A stretch of 64,000 bases of DNA from Antedon mediterranea (taxonomy: Eukaryota > Animalia > Echinodermata): positions 28,198,388 to 28,262,387 of the forward strand of contig NC_092670.1 in the NCBI RefSeq assembly GCF_964355755.1, written 5' to 3'. Positions within the stretch are counted from its first letter, which is position 1, and each line of letters opens with the position of its first letter. Positions 26,377 through 38,100 of the stretch are shown piece after piece. Under the pieces are notes generated by a model. It made no database searches. It had not been told where the DNA came from and saw only the letters and a program-made list of their open reading frames with translations. The position numbers and the translations under genes were made by a program.

Positions 26377-27996
26377 TTGAAACCAGCGCAGACGCGATAC
26401 AGCACATTTGGTCGTGAACTTTTGGCGGCATACCTTTCAGTTAAACATTTTCGTCATTCACTTGAAGGACGCTTATTTCATATTTTTACTGACCATAAGC
26501 CACTTATGTATGCTTTACTCGCCAAACCAAATCGTCACTCGCCACGCGAAATCCGTCATCTCGATTTCATATCTCAATTCACAACGGACATACGCCATGT
26601 GAGTGGAAAAGCTAATGCAGCAGCTGATGCATTGTCGCGAATCGAACTTAATACTTTCAGTCACAACACAACTAACATTGTTGATTTTAGTCTTATTGCT
26701 GCTGCACAAAAGAATGACGATGAATTGCACAAGCTACTTGAATCACCGTCTTCACTACAATTTCAAAACTTTCCAATTCCAACTTCTGACTCTACAATTC
26801 TTTGTGATATTTCCAAAGGCAATCCACGTCCATATATCCCACAAGAATTCAGACGCATAATATTTGACACTCTACATTCGCTATCACATCCTGGTATACG
26901 AGCAACACAACGTTTAATTACTGACCGTTTCGTATGGCCAGCAATCAATCATGATGTACGACGATGGTCTCAAACATGCATTCAATGTCAACGTTCCAAA
27001 GTACACCGGCACACCGTTTCGCCACTCTCTACTTTTTCTACACCTGACGCCCGTTTTGACCATGTACATATAGATATTGTTGGACCTCTCCCTCCGTCAA
27101 ATGGTTTTTCTTATTTACTCACTTTTATCGATCGTTTTACTCGATGGCCCGAAGCCGTACCTATTCCGGATATCACAGCCGATACTGTCGCACACGCATT
27201 TGTCAATCGATGGATCGCTTCATTCGGAATACCTTCAACCATTACAACAGATCGAGGAAGACAATTTGAATCTGCATTATTTCATTCACTCGCCAACTTA
27301 CTAGGAACTAAGCACATTCATACAACTGCATACCATCCTATTGCAAACGGACTTGTAGAACGTTTTCATCGACATTTGAAGGGTTCTCTCAAAGCACATA
27401 ATGATCACACTAAATGGACAGAACATTTACCTATAGTACTTTTAGACATTCGTACAGCCCTTAAGGCTGATCTAGGTCATAGTGCTGCTGAACTTGTTTA
27501 TGGCACTACTTTAAGATTACCTGGACAATTCTTTAATTCAAACTCTGAACATTGTGATTATTCTAATTATATTGATAGATTGCGTGATAATATGAGTAAA
27601 CTACGTCCCACACCTACCCGCACCAACTCTAACCGTAAATCCTATATCAATCAAGAAATATTTAATTGTACCCATGTTTTTGTGCGAAGGGACTCTGTTC
27701 GAAAACCCTTACAACGTCCATATGATGGTCCATTTAAGGTATTAAGTCGAACAGACAAACACTTTGTTCTCGATCTAAATGGTCGACAGGACACAGTCAG
27801 TATTGATCGCCTAAAGGTAGCTCATTTGGATACTGATATATTTAAAAGCCAAGAGCAAACCCTCACTCCCAAGCTACAAGCATCACCCCTAGTCAAACCA
27901 ACCAACCCGTCACCCATTTTGGCAACCCCTCCCCGTACTACTCGTTCTGGTAGACATGTTCATTTCCCTCAACGTTTTGTCTCGTTCTATCATTAA
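26377..27996 (+). CDS. pol: Pol remnant: C-terminal RNase H plus complete integrase; non-ATG start, probably not independently translated
   Basis: [16 protein letters not shown] and NAAADALSR (RNase H); HSLSH...CIQC (HHCC); HIDIVGP, TDRG, NGLVER (DDE); YDGPFKV (GPY/F). Confidence 0.9.
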   Translation: MKPAQTRYSTFGRELLAAYLSVKHFRHSLEGRLFHIFTDHKPLMYALLAKPNRHSPREIRHLDFISQFTTDIRHVSGKANAAADALSRIELNTFSHNTTNIVDFSLIAAAQKNDDELHKLLESPSSLQFQNFPIPTSDSTILCDISKGNPRPYIPQEFRRIIFDTLHSLSHPGIRATQRLITDRFVWPAINHDVRRWSQTCIQCQRSKVHRHTVSPLSTFSTPDARFDHVHIDIVGPLPPSNGFSYLLTFIDRFTRWPEAVPIPDITADTVAHAFVNRWIASFGIPSTITTDRGRQFESALFHSLANLLGTKHIHTTAYHPIANGLVERFHRHLKGSLKAHNDHTKWTEHLPIVLLDIRTALKADLGHSAAELVYGTTLRLPGQFFNSNSEHCDYSNYIDRLRDNMSKLRPTPTRTNSNRKSYINQEIFNCTHVFVRRDSVRKPLQRPYDGPFKVLSRTDKHFVLDLNGRQDTVSIDRLKVAHLDTDIFKSQEQTLTPKLQASPLVKPTNPSPILATPPRTTRSGRHVHFPQRFVSFYH

Positions 27997-28006
27997 TTCT
28001 TTCACT

Positions 28007-28015
28007 GGAAGGGGG
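28007..28015 (+). promoter_or_regulatory. Polypurine tract of element A
   Basis: GGAAGGGGG, 4 nt before the 3' LTR. Confidence 0.85.
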
Positions 28016-28019
28016 CTCC

Positions 28020-28457
28020 TGTAGCAGACCTACCACATAGCTTTTAAACAATTCAACATTTACTTTTAATTTGATTATTTATACATCCTCTATATATCTC
28101 TTTATTTAACCTCACATTGACAGGTTACCTTCCTGTTACCTTCACTTTTCTAGCTAATGGATTTTAAGAATGTTAATGACTCTAACAGAAAACCACATTA
28201 ATTCTCTTAATCCTAATTGGTCAGATGAGATGGGCCAAGCCCAATATTACCATGCACTGACCACATTATTAACACACTCTTTTCTCAACCAGCATCTTAG
28301 CTACACCGTTTATTGCTCTGTCTTATCAAATATTGTATATTGTATATTTTATCTATTTATTGAGAATCCTCACTTGATTCACTTGGAATAAATTGCATAG
28401 TTTACTGTATACATTTAGTAGTTGTTTTGTTTTACCGTTGCGCCGACAATTACTAAA
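28020..28457 (+). repeat. 3' LTR of element A copy 1 (438 bp)
   Basis: Direct repeat of the 5' LTR, followed by GTGT TSD and satellite. Confidence 0.95.
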
Positions 28458-28800
28458 GTGTAAAACGTCTCCAAATGCGATTTGAAGCTATTCTAAGCAC
28501 TTTGGTGTTTTTATGTAAACAAGTTTTTTCGAAAATCACAAAATGGTGTAAAACGTCTCCAAATGCGATTTGAAGCTATTCTAAGCAATTTGGTGTTTTT
28601 ATGTTAACAATTTTTTTCGAAAATCACAAATTGGTCTAAAACGTCTCCAAATGCGATTTGAAGCTATTTTAAGCACTTTGGTGTTTTTGTGTTAACAACT
28701 TTTTTAGAAAATCACAAAATGGTCTAAAACGTCTCCAAATGCGATTTGAAGCAATTCTAAGCACTTTGGTGTTTTTATGGTAACGAGTTTTTTTGAATAT
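28458..28800 (+). repeat. About 4 satellite monomers between elements A and B
   Basis: 88-bp units; recurs at 45944-46286. Confidence 0.95.
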
Positions 28801-29411
28801 TGTAATGTAACGATATACTTTTATATTTAAGAAATCGACCTTTGTACCGGAATTCAAATAGGTTCACAAATTTGACCCAGAAAGTCCAGAGGAGAGTTTG
28901 TCCAGATGTTTTAATGACCATTTAGTTTATAATAGAATCCCTAAAGAAAACACTTAGCTTAACTTTGTGACTTTTCCCATCGTTAAACCAGGAGTGACTG
29001 ACACTATTTAAGTACAGATTTGACAGTGTCATCCATCACAGAAATACCTTATTATACCGTTAATCACTCCCACTTAAACACCCCTGGATCAACTTAGGAC
29101 CAATCGTTACCCTCACAGATGATGTAATGACATTATGCAAATGAACTGAGCCAATATACTCCTAAGTTTCAGAAGGGCCAAGACACACCTTACAGCCATT
29201 TCACGGAGCACACACCTCACAGCCACTTCTTCAGAAGCAGACCTACACACACTTCACACCTCACTGACAGCATCATTGATTGTCCGTTCCTTATCTATAC
29301 TTATAGTTGTATATTGTACTGAAGTATTATACTGAATAAATAATATATGTGTTACGACAGGCAAGCGAGTCAGAGTCTTCATTAGTACCTCAACAGCAAC
29401 ATTATATTACA
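28801..29411 (+). repeat. 5' LTR of element B copy 1
   Basis: TG...CA ends, AATAAA at 29335, about 7 substitutions versus the 3' LTR. Confidence 0.95.
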
Positions 29412-29424
29412 TGGTGGAAGACCC
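29412..29424 (+). promoter_or_regulatory. Putative PBS of element B, tRNA not identified
   Basis: TGGTGGAAGACCC immediately after the LTR CA; TGG pairs with the tRNA CCA end. Confidence 0.6.
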
Positions 29425-29541
29425 AAATTTCATAAGGAACGGAGTGAGAAAACAAGAAATAAACACTTAACAAGACAACAAGACGAAGACAAAGACAAAA
29501 ATAACCATATTTGTTTGAAAGGAGAGAAATTTACTTTGACT

Positions 29542-29746
29542 CAAAAGACAAGCTGAAATTATATTTGAATGAGATCGAGACAAGCAGAAATTTTATCAAA
29601 TTATTACCATTGGATGAAGACAAAGAAGATAATCGAGGAAGACACAAAAGACAAGCTGAAATTATATTTGAATGAAATCGAGACAAGCAGAAATTTTATG
29701 AAATTATAACCATTGGATAAAGACAAAGAAGATAATCGAGGAAGAC
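29542..29746 (+). repeat. Two tandem 103-bp repeats in the leader of element B
   Basis: caaaagacaagctgaaattatatttgaatga... at 29542 and 29645. Confidence 0.9.
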
Positions 29747-30231
29747 CCAAGAAGAATCAAAACAGAAGCAAGCGGACAAGAACTGTTTCGTTTAGAGACT
29801 TTCAACTTCACGCCGTTTTTTTTCGATCGTTTTTTTAACATTTACTTTTTTGAACATTGATGAACACCTTTCGCATTTTTTTGAATTCGTTGTTTGAAAA
29901 TTTGAACATTGATGAGCACTTTAACATTTCTTTAATTCGTTGTTTGAACATTTAGACATTTTTGAACACTTTTTGCATTCCTTTAATTCATTTTTAATTG
30001 GATCCGAAGCATTTGGGGTAAGTCAAAGCCATTTTGATTTTTGATTTGTAACCTTGATTGAAAAGTGAGAGTTTACATATATATACACTAAAATTGTTTT
30101 TTAAATTGTTAAAATAATTGTTGAATAAACCCGCCGATAATAATAATGAGAAAATTAAGAACACCGTTAACGTAGTAAATGACGAAAACAATGTTTAATT
30201 TATCGACGAACATGATAGGACACCAACCCAA

Positions 30232-30651
30232 TTGCAATCAGATACCCTTACACATCCAACTAAAGTAGAACCCCTTAACTTGCAACCTTACATTGACTGT
30301 GTAGAGAATAACATGGGATTAGCAGCCCCATTCCAAATGAAAGAAGAACAAATTAAGGAACAAACTAATCTAATTATGACAGCACCTAATGATTCAAATA
30401 TGACATTAAACCGAGGTAGATTTAAAGCAGGACATTTCCAAGTTTTAGTTTCGTATTCTAAACCGACTTCAGCCAAACGCAACACCGATAAAACAAAACA
30501 CGAATCTAATGATCGCAAATTTTGGTGGAATATTGACAGATATAACGATACAGAGAAATTGATTAAAGAGATCATTAATGATAAACAGATACCGATAAGT
30601 GGATCGCCAAAACGATTCATAAAACGTTTGTATAATGCAACAAGTTACTGA
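30232..30651 (+). pseudogene. Residual 139-codon frame in element B, possibly a pol C-terminal relic
   Basis: Longest frame in the internal region; TTG start; frame continues upstream past a TAA at 30196. No certain domain. Confidence 0.3.
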
Positions 30652-31531
30652 TTTAATTTTTTTTGCAAGGAATTTTTTTTAATTACGACATTTGCTAAAT
30701 GATAGCATAGTCTACGTATTTTTGATGAGATTTGTTTAATAATGATGTGATTTCAGTTAAAAGAGAATTGAATTTATGTTTAAGTATTGATTTTGTAACG
30801 AGTTTTTTGATAAAGATTAATTTTGAATTTTGATGATCGATATATTGAGATATTGAAAAGCCCGACAATCATTTTGTAACAAATATTTTGTTTAACCTTT
30901 GAGTCGTTAATCTCAAGCATTAATTAATTGATATACAATAACAGGAGATTTTCTTAGTACTTTTAATTGTAAATTTTTTGACATTGAGTACAAAAGTCGA
31001 ATTTGTCGACCGATTGAAATCGTAATTACCTGTAAATATAAATGCTTAAATCGATAAAGTTGTGACGATAATGATATATTGTGGATAAGTTTGTGTCAAC
31101 GGGACACACACATTTGTTTCTTTTAAAGTTTTAAGTGATTGAGTTTGATATTTTGATTTAGGCTAATCAGCCACAGTTTCTTGAATTTTATGTTTTGATT
31201 TGATTGATTTATGTTTGAAGACCATTAGAACGCGATGAGTTGTCGCACGATTTGATGTATGTTCAATGTAACATACTATTTTTAAGTTTTGTATTTTTAT
31301 TTTCAACTGATTTATGTTTGATTTACGCGAATTTTATACCAAATTCATTTTTAATTTCATTTTTTTTAAGAGAGAGAAGAGAGAGAGTGAAAGTGATAAG
31401 GTTACACTTCAGAGTCAATGGTTTTGGCTAACTCAATTTTGCTTATATGTATAATAATGTTTTTTTCTTTTATATAACTTTAATTTTGCATGCCACTATT
31501 ATAACCATTTTTATATTTTAAATAGATTTTT

Positions 31532-31553
31532 AAAAAAAAGGGAAACAGAGGGA
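31532..31553 (+). promoter_or_regulatory. Polypurine tract of element B
   Basis: AAAAAAAAGGGAAACAGAGGGA immediately before the 3' LTR. Confidence 0.85.
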
Positions 31554-32164
31554 TGTAATATAACGATATACTTTTATATTTAAGAAATCGACCTTTGTAT
31601 CGGAATTCAAATAGGTTCACAAACTTGACCCAGAAAGTCCAGAGGAGAGTTTGTCCAGATGTTTTAATGACCATTTAGTTTATAATAGAATCCCTAAAGA
31701 AAACACTTAGCTTAACTTTGTGACTTTTCCCATCGTTAAACCAGGAGTGACTGACACTATTTAAGTACAGATTTGACAGTGTCATCCATCACAGAAATAC
31801 CTTATTATACCGTTAATCACTCCCACTTAAACACCCCTGGATCAACTTAGGACCAATCGTTACCCTCACAGATGATGTAATGCCATTATGCAAATGAACT
31901 GAGCCAATATACTCCCAAGTTTCAGAAGGGCCAAGACAAACCTTACAGCCATTTCACGGAGCACACACCTCACAGCCACTTCTTCAGAAGCAGACCTACA
32001 CACACTTCACACCTCACTGACAGCATCATTGATTGTCCGTTCCTTATCTATACTTATAGTTGTATATTGTACTGAAGTATTATACTGAATAAATAATATA
32101 TGTGTTACGACAGTCAAGCGAGTCAGAGTCTTCATTAGTACCTCAACAGCAACATTATATTACA
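31554..32164 (+). repeat. 3' LTR of element B copy 1
   Basis: TGTAATATAA...TTATATTACA, a 10-bp perfect terminal inverted repeat. Confidence 0.95.
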
Positions 32165-35100
32165 ATATCACAAAATGGTCTAAAATGTCTCCAAATGCGA
32201 TTTGAAGCTTTTCTAAGCACTTTGGTGTTTTTATGGTAACGAGTTATTTCGAAAATCACAAAATGGTCTAAAACGTCTCCAAATGCGATTTGAAGCTATT
32301 CTGTACACTTTGCTGTTTTGTGTGAATAATTTTTGTCAAAATGCTCAAAATGGTCAAAAACGTTTTTAAATACTATATTAAGCTATTTTGTGCTCTTTGA
32401 TGTTTTTGTGTGAAAAGTTTTATCGAAATGCTCAAAATGGTCTAAAACGGTTTCTAATGTGATTTTAAGCACTTTGATGTTTTTATGTTAACAACTTTTT
32501 TAGAAAATTACAAAATGGTGTAAAACGTCTCCAAATGCGATTTGAAGCTATTCTAAGCAATTTGGTGTTTTTATGTTAACAAGTTTTTTCGAAAATCACA
32601 AAATGGTCTAAAACGTCTCCAAATGCGATTTGAAGCTATTCTAAGCACTTTTGTGTTTTTATGTTAACAAGTTTTTTCGAAAATCACAAAATGGTATAAA
32701 ACGTCTCCAAATGCGATTTGAAGCTATTCTGTACACTTTACTGTTTTTTGTGAATAATTTTTGTCGAAATGCTCAAAATGGTCAAAAACGTTTTTAAATA
32801 CGATATTAAGCTATTTTGTGCTCTTTGATGTTTTTGTGTGAAAAGTTTTATCGAAATGCTCCAAATGTTCTAAAACGGTTTCTAATGTGATTTTAAGCAC
32901 TTTGATGTTTTTATGTTAACGAATTTTTTCGAAAATCACAAAATGGTCTAAAATGTCTCCAAATGCGATTTCAAGCTATTCTTAGCACTTTGGTGTTTTT
33001 ATGTTAACAAGTTTTTTCGAAAATCACAAAATGGTCTAAAACGTCTCCAAATGCGATTTTAAGCTATTCTAAGCAATTTGGTGTTTTTATGTTAACAAGT
33101 TTTTTCGAAAATCACAAAATGGTCTAAAACGTCTCCAAATGCGATTTGAAGCTTTTCTAAGCTTACTTTGGTGTTTTTATGTTTAGGAGTTTTTTCGAAA
33201 ATCACAAAATGGTCTAAAACGTCTCCAAATTCGATTTGAAGCTATTCTAAGCACTTTGGTGTTTTTATGTTAACAACTTTTTTAGAAAATCACAAAATGG
33301 TCTAAAACGGTTTCTAATGTGATTTTAAGCACTTTGATGTTTTTATGTTAACAACTTTTTTAGAAAATCACAAAATGGTCTAAAACGTCTCCAAATGCGA
33401 TTTGAAGCAATTCTAAGCACTTTGGTGTTTTTATGGTAACGAGTTTTTTTGAATATCACAAAATGGTCTAAAATGTCTCCAAATGCGATTTGAAGCTTTT
33501 CTAAGCACTTTGGTGTTTTTATGTTTACAAGTTTTTTTCGAAAATCACAAAATGGTCTAAAACGGCTCCAAATGCGATTTGAAGCTATTCTAAGCACTTT
33601 GGTGTTTTTATGTTAACAAGTTTTTTCGAAAATCACAAAATGGTCTAAAACGTCTCCAAATGCGATTTGAAGCTATTCTGTACACTTTGCTGTTTTGTGT
33701 GAATAATTTTTTGTCGAAATGCTCAAAATGGTCAAAAACGTTTTTAAAAACGATATTAAGCTATTTTGTGCTCTTTGATGTTTTTGTGTGAAAAGTTTTA
33801 TCGAAATGCTCAAAATGGTCTAAAACGGTTTCTAATGTGATTTTAAGCACTTTGATGTTTTTATGTTAACGAGTTTTTTCGAAAATCACAAAATGGTCTA
33901 AAATGTCTCCAAATGCGATTTCAAGCTATTCTTAGCACTTTGGTGTTTTTATGTTTACAAGTTTTTTCGAAAATCACAAAATGGTCTAAAACGTCGCCAA
34001 ATGCGATTTGAAGCACTTTGGTGTTTTTATGGTAATTTATTTCGAAAATCACAAAATTGTCTAAAACATCTCCAAATGCGATTTTAAACTATTCTAAGCA
34101 CTTTGGTGTTTTTATGTTAACAAGTTTTTTCGAAAATCACAAAATGGTCTAAAATGTCTCCAAATGTGATTTGAAGCTTTTCTAAGCACTTTGGTGTTTT
34201 TATGTTTACAAGTTTTTTCGAAAATCACAAAATGGTCTAAAACGTCTCCAAATGCGATTTGAAGCTATTCTAAGCACTTTTGTGTTTTTATGTTAACAAG
34301 TTTTTTCGAAAATCACAAAATGGTCGAAAATGTCACAAAATGCGATTTGAAGCTATTCTGTACACTTTGCTGTTTTGTGTGAATAATTTTTTTCGAAAAT
34401 CACAAAATGGTCGAAAATGTCACAAAATGCGATTTTAAGCTATTCTAAGCACTTTGGTGTTTTTATGTTAACAAGTTTTTTCGAAAATCACAAAATGGTC
34501 TAAAACGTCTCCAAATGCGATTTGAAGCTATTCTGTACACTTTGCTGTTTTGTGAGAATAATTTTTGTCGAAATGCTCAAAATGGTCAAAAACGTTTTTA
34601 AATACGATATTAAGCTATTTTGTGCTCTTTGATGTTTTTGTGTGAAAAGTTTTATCGAAATGCTCAAAATGGTCTAAAACGGTTTCTAATGTGATTTTAA
34701 GCACTTTGATGTTTTTATGTTAACAACTTTTTTAGAAAATTACAAAATGGTGTAAAACGTCTCCAAATGCGATTTGAAGCTATTCTAAGCAATTTGGTGT
34801 TTTTATGTTAACAAGTTTTTTCGAAAATCACAAAATGGTCTAAAACGTCTCCAAATGCGATTTGAAGCTATTCTAAGCACTTTTGTGTTTTTATGTTAAC
34901 AAGTTTTTTCGAAAATCACAAAATGGTCTAAAATGTCTCCAAATGCGATTTTAAGGTATTCTAAGCACTTTGGTGTTTTTATGTTAACAAGTTTTTTCGA
35001 AAATCACAAAATGGTCTAAAACGTCTACAAATGCGATTTGAAGCTATTCTAAGCACTTTGGTGTTTTTATGTTAACAAGTTTTTTCGAAAATCACAAAAT

Positions 35101-38100
35101 GGTATAAAACGTCTCCAAATGCGATTTGAAGATTTTCTAAGCACTTTGGTGTTTTTATGTTTACAAGTTTTTTCGAAAATCACAAAATGGTCTAAAACGT
35201 CTCCAAATGCGATTTGAAGCTATTCTGTACACTTTGCTGTTTTGTGTGAATAATTTTGTCAAAATGCTCAAAATGGTCAAAAACGTTTTTAAATACTATA
35301 TTAAGCTATTTTGTGTTCTTTGATGTTTTTGTGTGAAAAGTTTTATCGAAATGCTCAAAATGGTCTAAAACGGTTTCTAATGAAATGATTTTAAGAACTT
35401 TGATGTTTTTATGTTAACAACTTTTTTAGAAAATCACAAAATGGTCTAAAACGTCTCCAAATGCGATTTGAAGCAATTCTAAGCACTTTGGTGTTTTTAT
35501 GTTAACAAGTTTTTTCGAAAATCACAAAATGGTATAAAACCTCTCCAAATGCGATTTTAAGGTATTCTAAGCACTTTGGTGTTTTTATGTTAACAAGTTT
35601 TTTCGAAAATCACAAAATGGTCTAAAACGTCTACAAATGCGATTTGAAGCTATTCTAAGGACTTTGGTGTTTTTATGTTAACAAGTTTTTTCGAAAATCA
35701 CAAAATGGTCTAAAACGTCTCCAAATGCGATTTGAAGCTATTCTGTACACTTTGCTGTTTTTTGTGAATAATTTTTGTCGAAATGCTCAAAATGGTCAAA
35801 AACGTTTTTAAAAACGATATTAAGCTATTTTGTGCTCTTTGATGTTTTTGTGTGAAAAGTTTTATCGAAATGCTCAAAATGGTCTAAAACGGTTTCTAAT
35901 GTGATTTTAAGCACTTTGATGTTTTTATGTTAACGAGTTTTTTCGAAAATCACAAAATGGTCTAAAATGTCTCCAAATGCGATTTCAAGCTATTCTTAGC
36001 ACTTTGGTGTTTTTATGTTAACAACTTTTTTAGAAAATTACAAAATGGTCTAAAACGTCTCCAAATGCGATTTGAAGCAATTCTAAGCACTTTGGTGTTT
36101 TTTATGTTAACAATTTTTTCGAAAATCACAAAATGGTCTAAAACGTCTCCAAAATGCGATTTGAAGCTATTCTAAGGACTTTGGTGTTTTTATGTTAACA
36201 AGTTTTTTCGAAAATCACAAAATGGTATAAAACGTCTCCAAATGCGATTTTAAGGTATTTTAAGCACTTTGATGTTTTTATGTTAACGAGTTTTTTCGAA
36301 AATCACAAAATGGTCTAAAACGTCTCCAAATGCGATTTGAAGCTATTCTAAGCACTTTGGTGTTTTTATGTTAACAAGTTTTTTCGAAAATCACAAAATG
36401 GTATAAAACGTCTCCAAATGCGATTTTAAGCTATTCTAAGCACTTTTGTGTTTTTATGTTAACAAGTTTTTTCGAAAATCACAAAATGGTCTAAAATGTC
36501 TCAAAATGCGATTTGAAGCTATTCTGTACACTTTGATGTTTTTATGTTAACAAGTTTTTCGAAAGTCACAAAATGGTCTAAAACGTCTCCAAATGCGATT
36601 TGAAGCTATTTTAAGCACTTTGGTGTTTTTGTGGAACCAAGTTTTTTCGAAAATCACAAAAGGGTCTATAATGTCTCAAAAAGCGATTTGAAGCTATTCT
36701 GTACACTTTGATGTTTTTATGTTAACAAGTTTTTTCGAAAATCACAAAATGGTCTAAAACGTCTCCAAATGCGATTTGAAGCTATTCTGTACACTTTGCT
36801 GTTTAGTGTGAATAATTTTTGTCAAAATGCTCAAAATGGTCAAAAACGTTTTTAAATACTATATTAAGCTATTTTGTGCTCTTTGATGTTTTTATGTTAA
36901 CAAGTTTTTTCGAAAATCACAAAATGGTCTAAAACGTCTCCAAATGCGATTTGAAGCTATTCTAAGCACTTTGGTGTTTTTATGTTAACAAGTTTTTTCG
37001 AAAATCACAAAATGGTCTAAAACGTCTTCAAATGCGATTTGAAGCTATTCTGTACACTTTGATGTTTTGTGTGAAAAGGTTTTATCGAAATGCTCAAAAT
37101 GGTCTAAAACGGTTTCTAATGTGATTTTAAGCACTTTGATGTTTTTATGTTAACAACTTTTTTAGAAAATCACAAAATGGTCTAAAACGTCTCCAAATGC
37201 GATTTGAAGCAATTATAAGCACTTTGGTGTTTTTATGGTAACGAGTTATTTCGAAAATCACAAAATGGTCTAAAACGTCTCCAAATGCGATTTTAAGAAA
37301 TTCTAAGCACTTTGGTGTTTTTATGTTAACAAGTTTTTTCGAAAATCACAAAATGGTCTAAAACGTCTCCAAATGCGATTTGAAGCTATTTTAAGCACTT
37401 TGGTGTTTTTGTGTAACCAAGTTTTTTCGAAAATCACAAAATGGTCTAAAACGTCTCCAAATTCGATTTGAAGCTATTCTGTACACTTTGCTGTTTTGTG
37501 TGAATAATTTTTGTCGAAATGCTCAAAATTGTCAAAAACGTTTTAAATACGATATTAAGCTATTTTGTGCTCTTTGATGTTTTTGTGTGAAAAGTTTTAT
37601 CGAAATGCTCAAAATGGTCTAAAACGGTTTCTAATGTGATTTTAAGCACTTTGGTGTTTTTATGTTAACAAGTTTTTTCGAAAATCACAAAATGGTCTAA
37701 AACGTCTCCAAATGTGATTTGAAGCTATTCTAAACACTTTGGTGTTTTTATGTTAACAAGTTTTTTCGAAAATCACAAATTGGTCTAAAACGTCTCCAAA
37801 TACGATTTGAAGCTATTTTAAGCACTTTGGTGTTTTTGTGTAACCAAATTTTTTCGAAAATCACAAAAGGGTCTAAAATGTCTCAAAATGCGATTTGAAG
37901 CTATTCTGTACACTTTGATGTTTTTATGTTAACAAGTTTTTTCGAAAGTCACAAAATGGTCTAAAACGTCTCCAAAATGCGATTTGAAGCTATTCTAAGC
38001 ACTTTGGTGTTTTTATGTTAACAAGTTTTTTCGAAAATCACAAAATGGTATAAAACGTCTCCAAATGCGATTTTAAGGTATTTTAAGCACTTTGATGTTT

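Larger units (their letters stand above)
25320..28457 (+). mobile_element. LTR element A copy 1: internally deleted Ty3/Gypsy, CsRn1/Kabuki-like
   Basis: LTRs 25320-25752 and 28020-28457, GTGT TSD (25316-25319, 28458-28461), tRNA-Trp PBS, PPT, gag fragment and RNaseH-integrase; no protease or RT. Confidence 0.95.
28801..32164 (+). mobile_element. LTR element B copy 1: non-autonomous, nearly non-coding (LARD-like)
   Basis: 611-bp LTRs 28801-29411 and 31554-32164 (TGTAAT...ATTACA), ATAT TSD (28797-28800, 32165-32168), TGG-starting PBS-like site at 29412, PPT 31532-31553; no recognisable gag, RT or IN. Confidence 0.93.

Noticed and set aside
26408-27304. Small overlapping ORFs within pol
   Set aside because: Alternative-frame or antisense by-products of the integrase frame.
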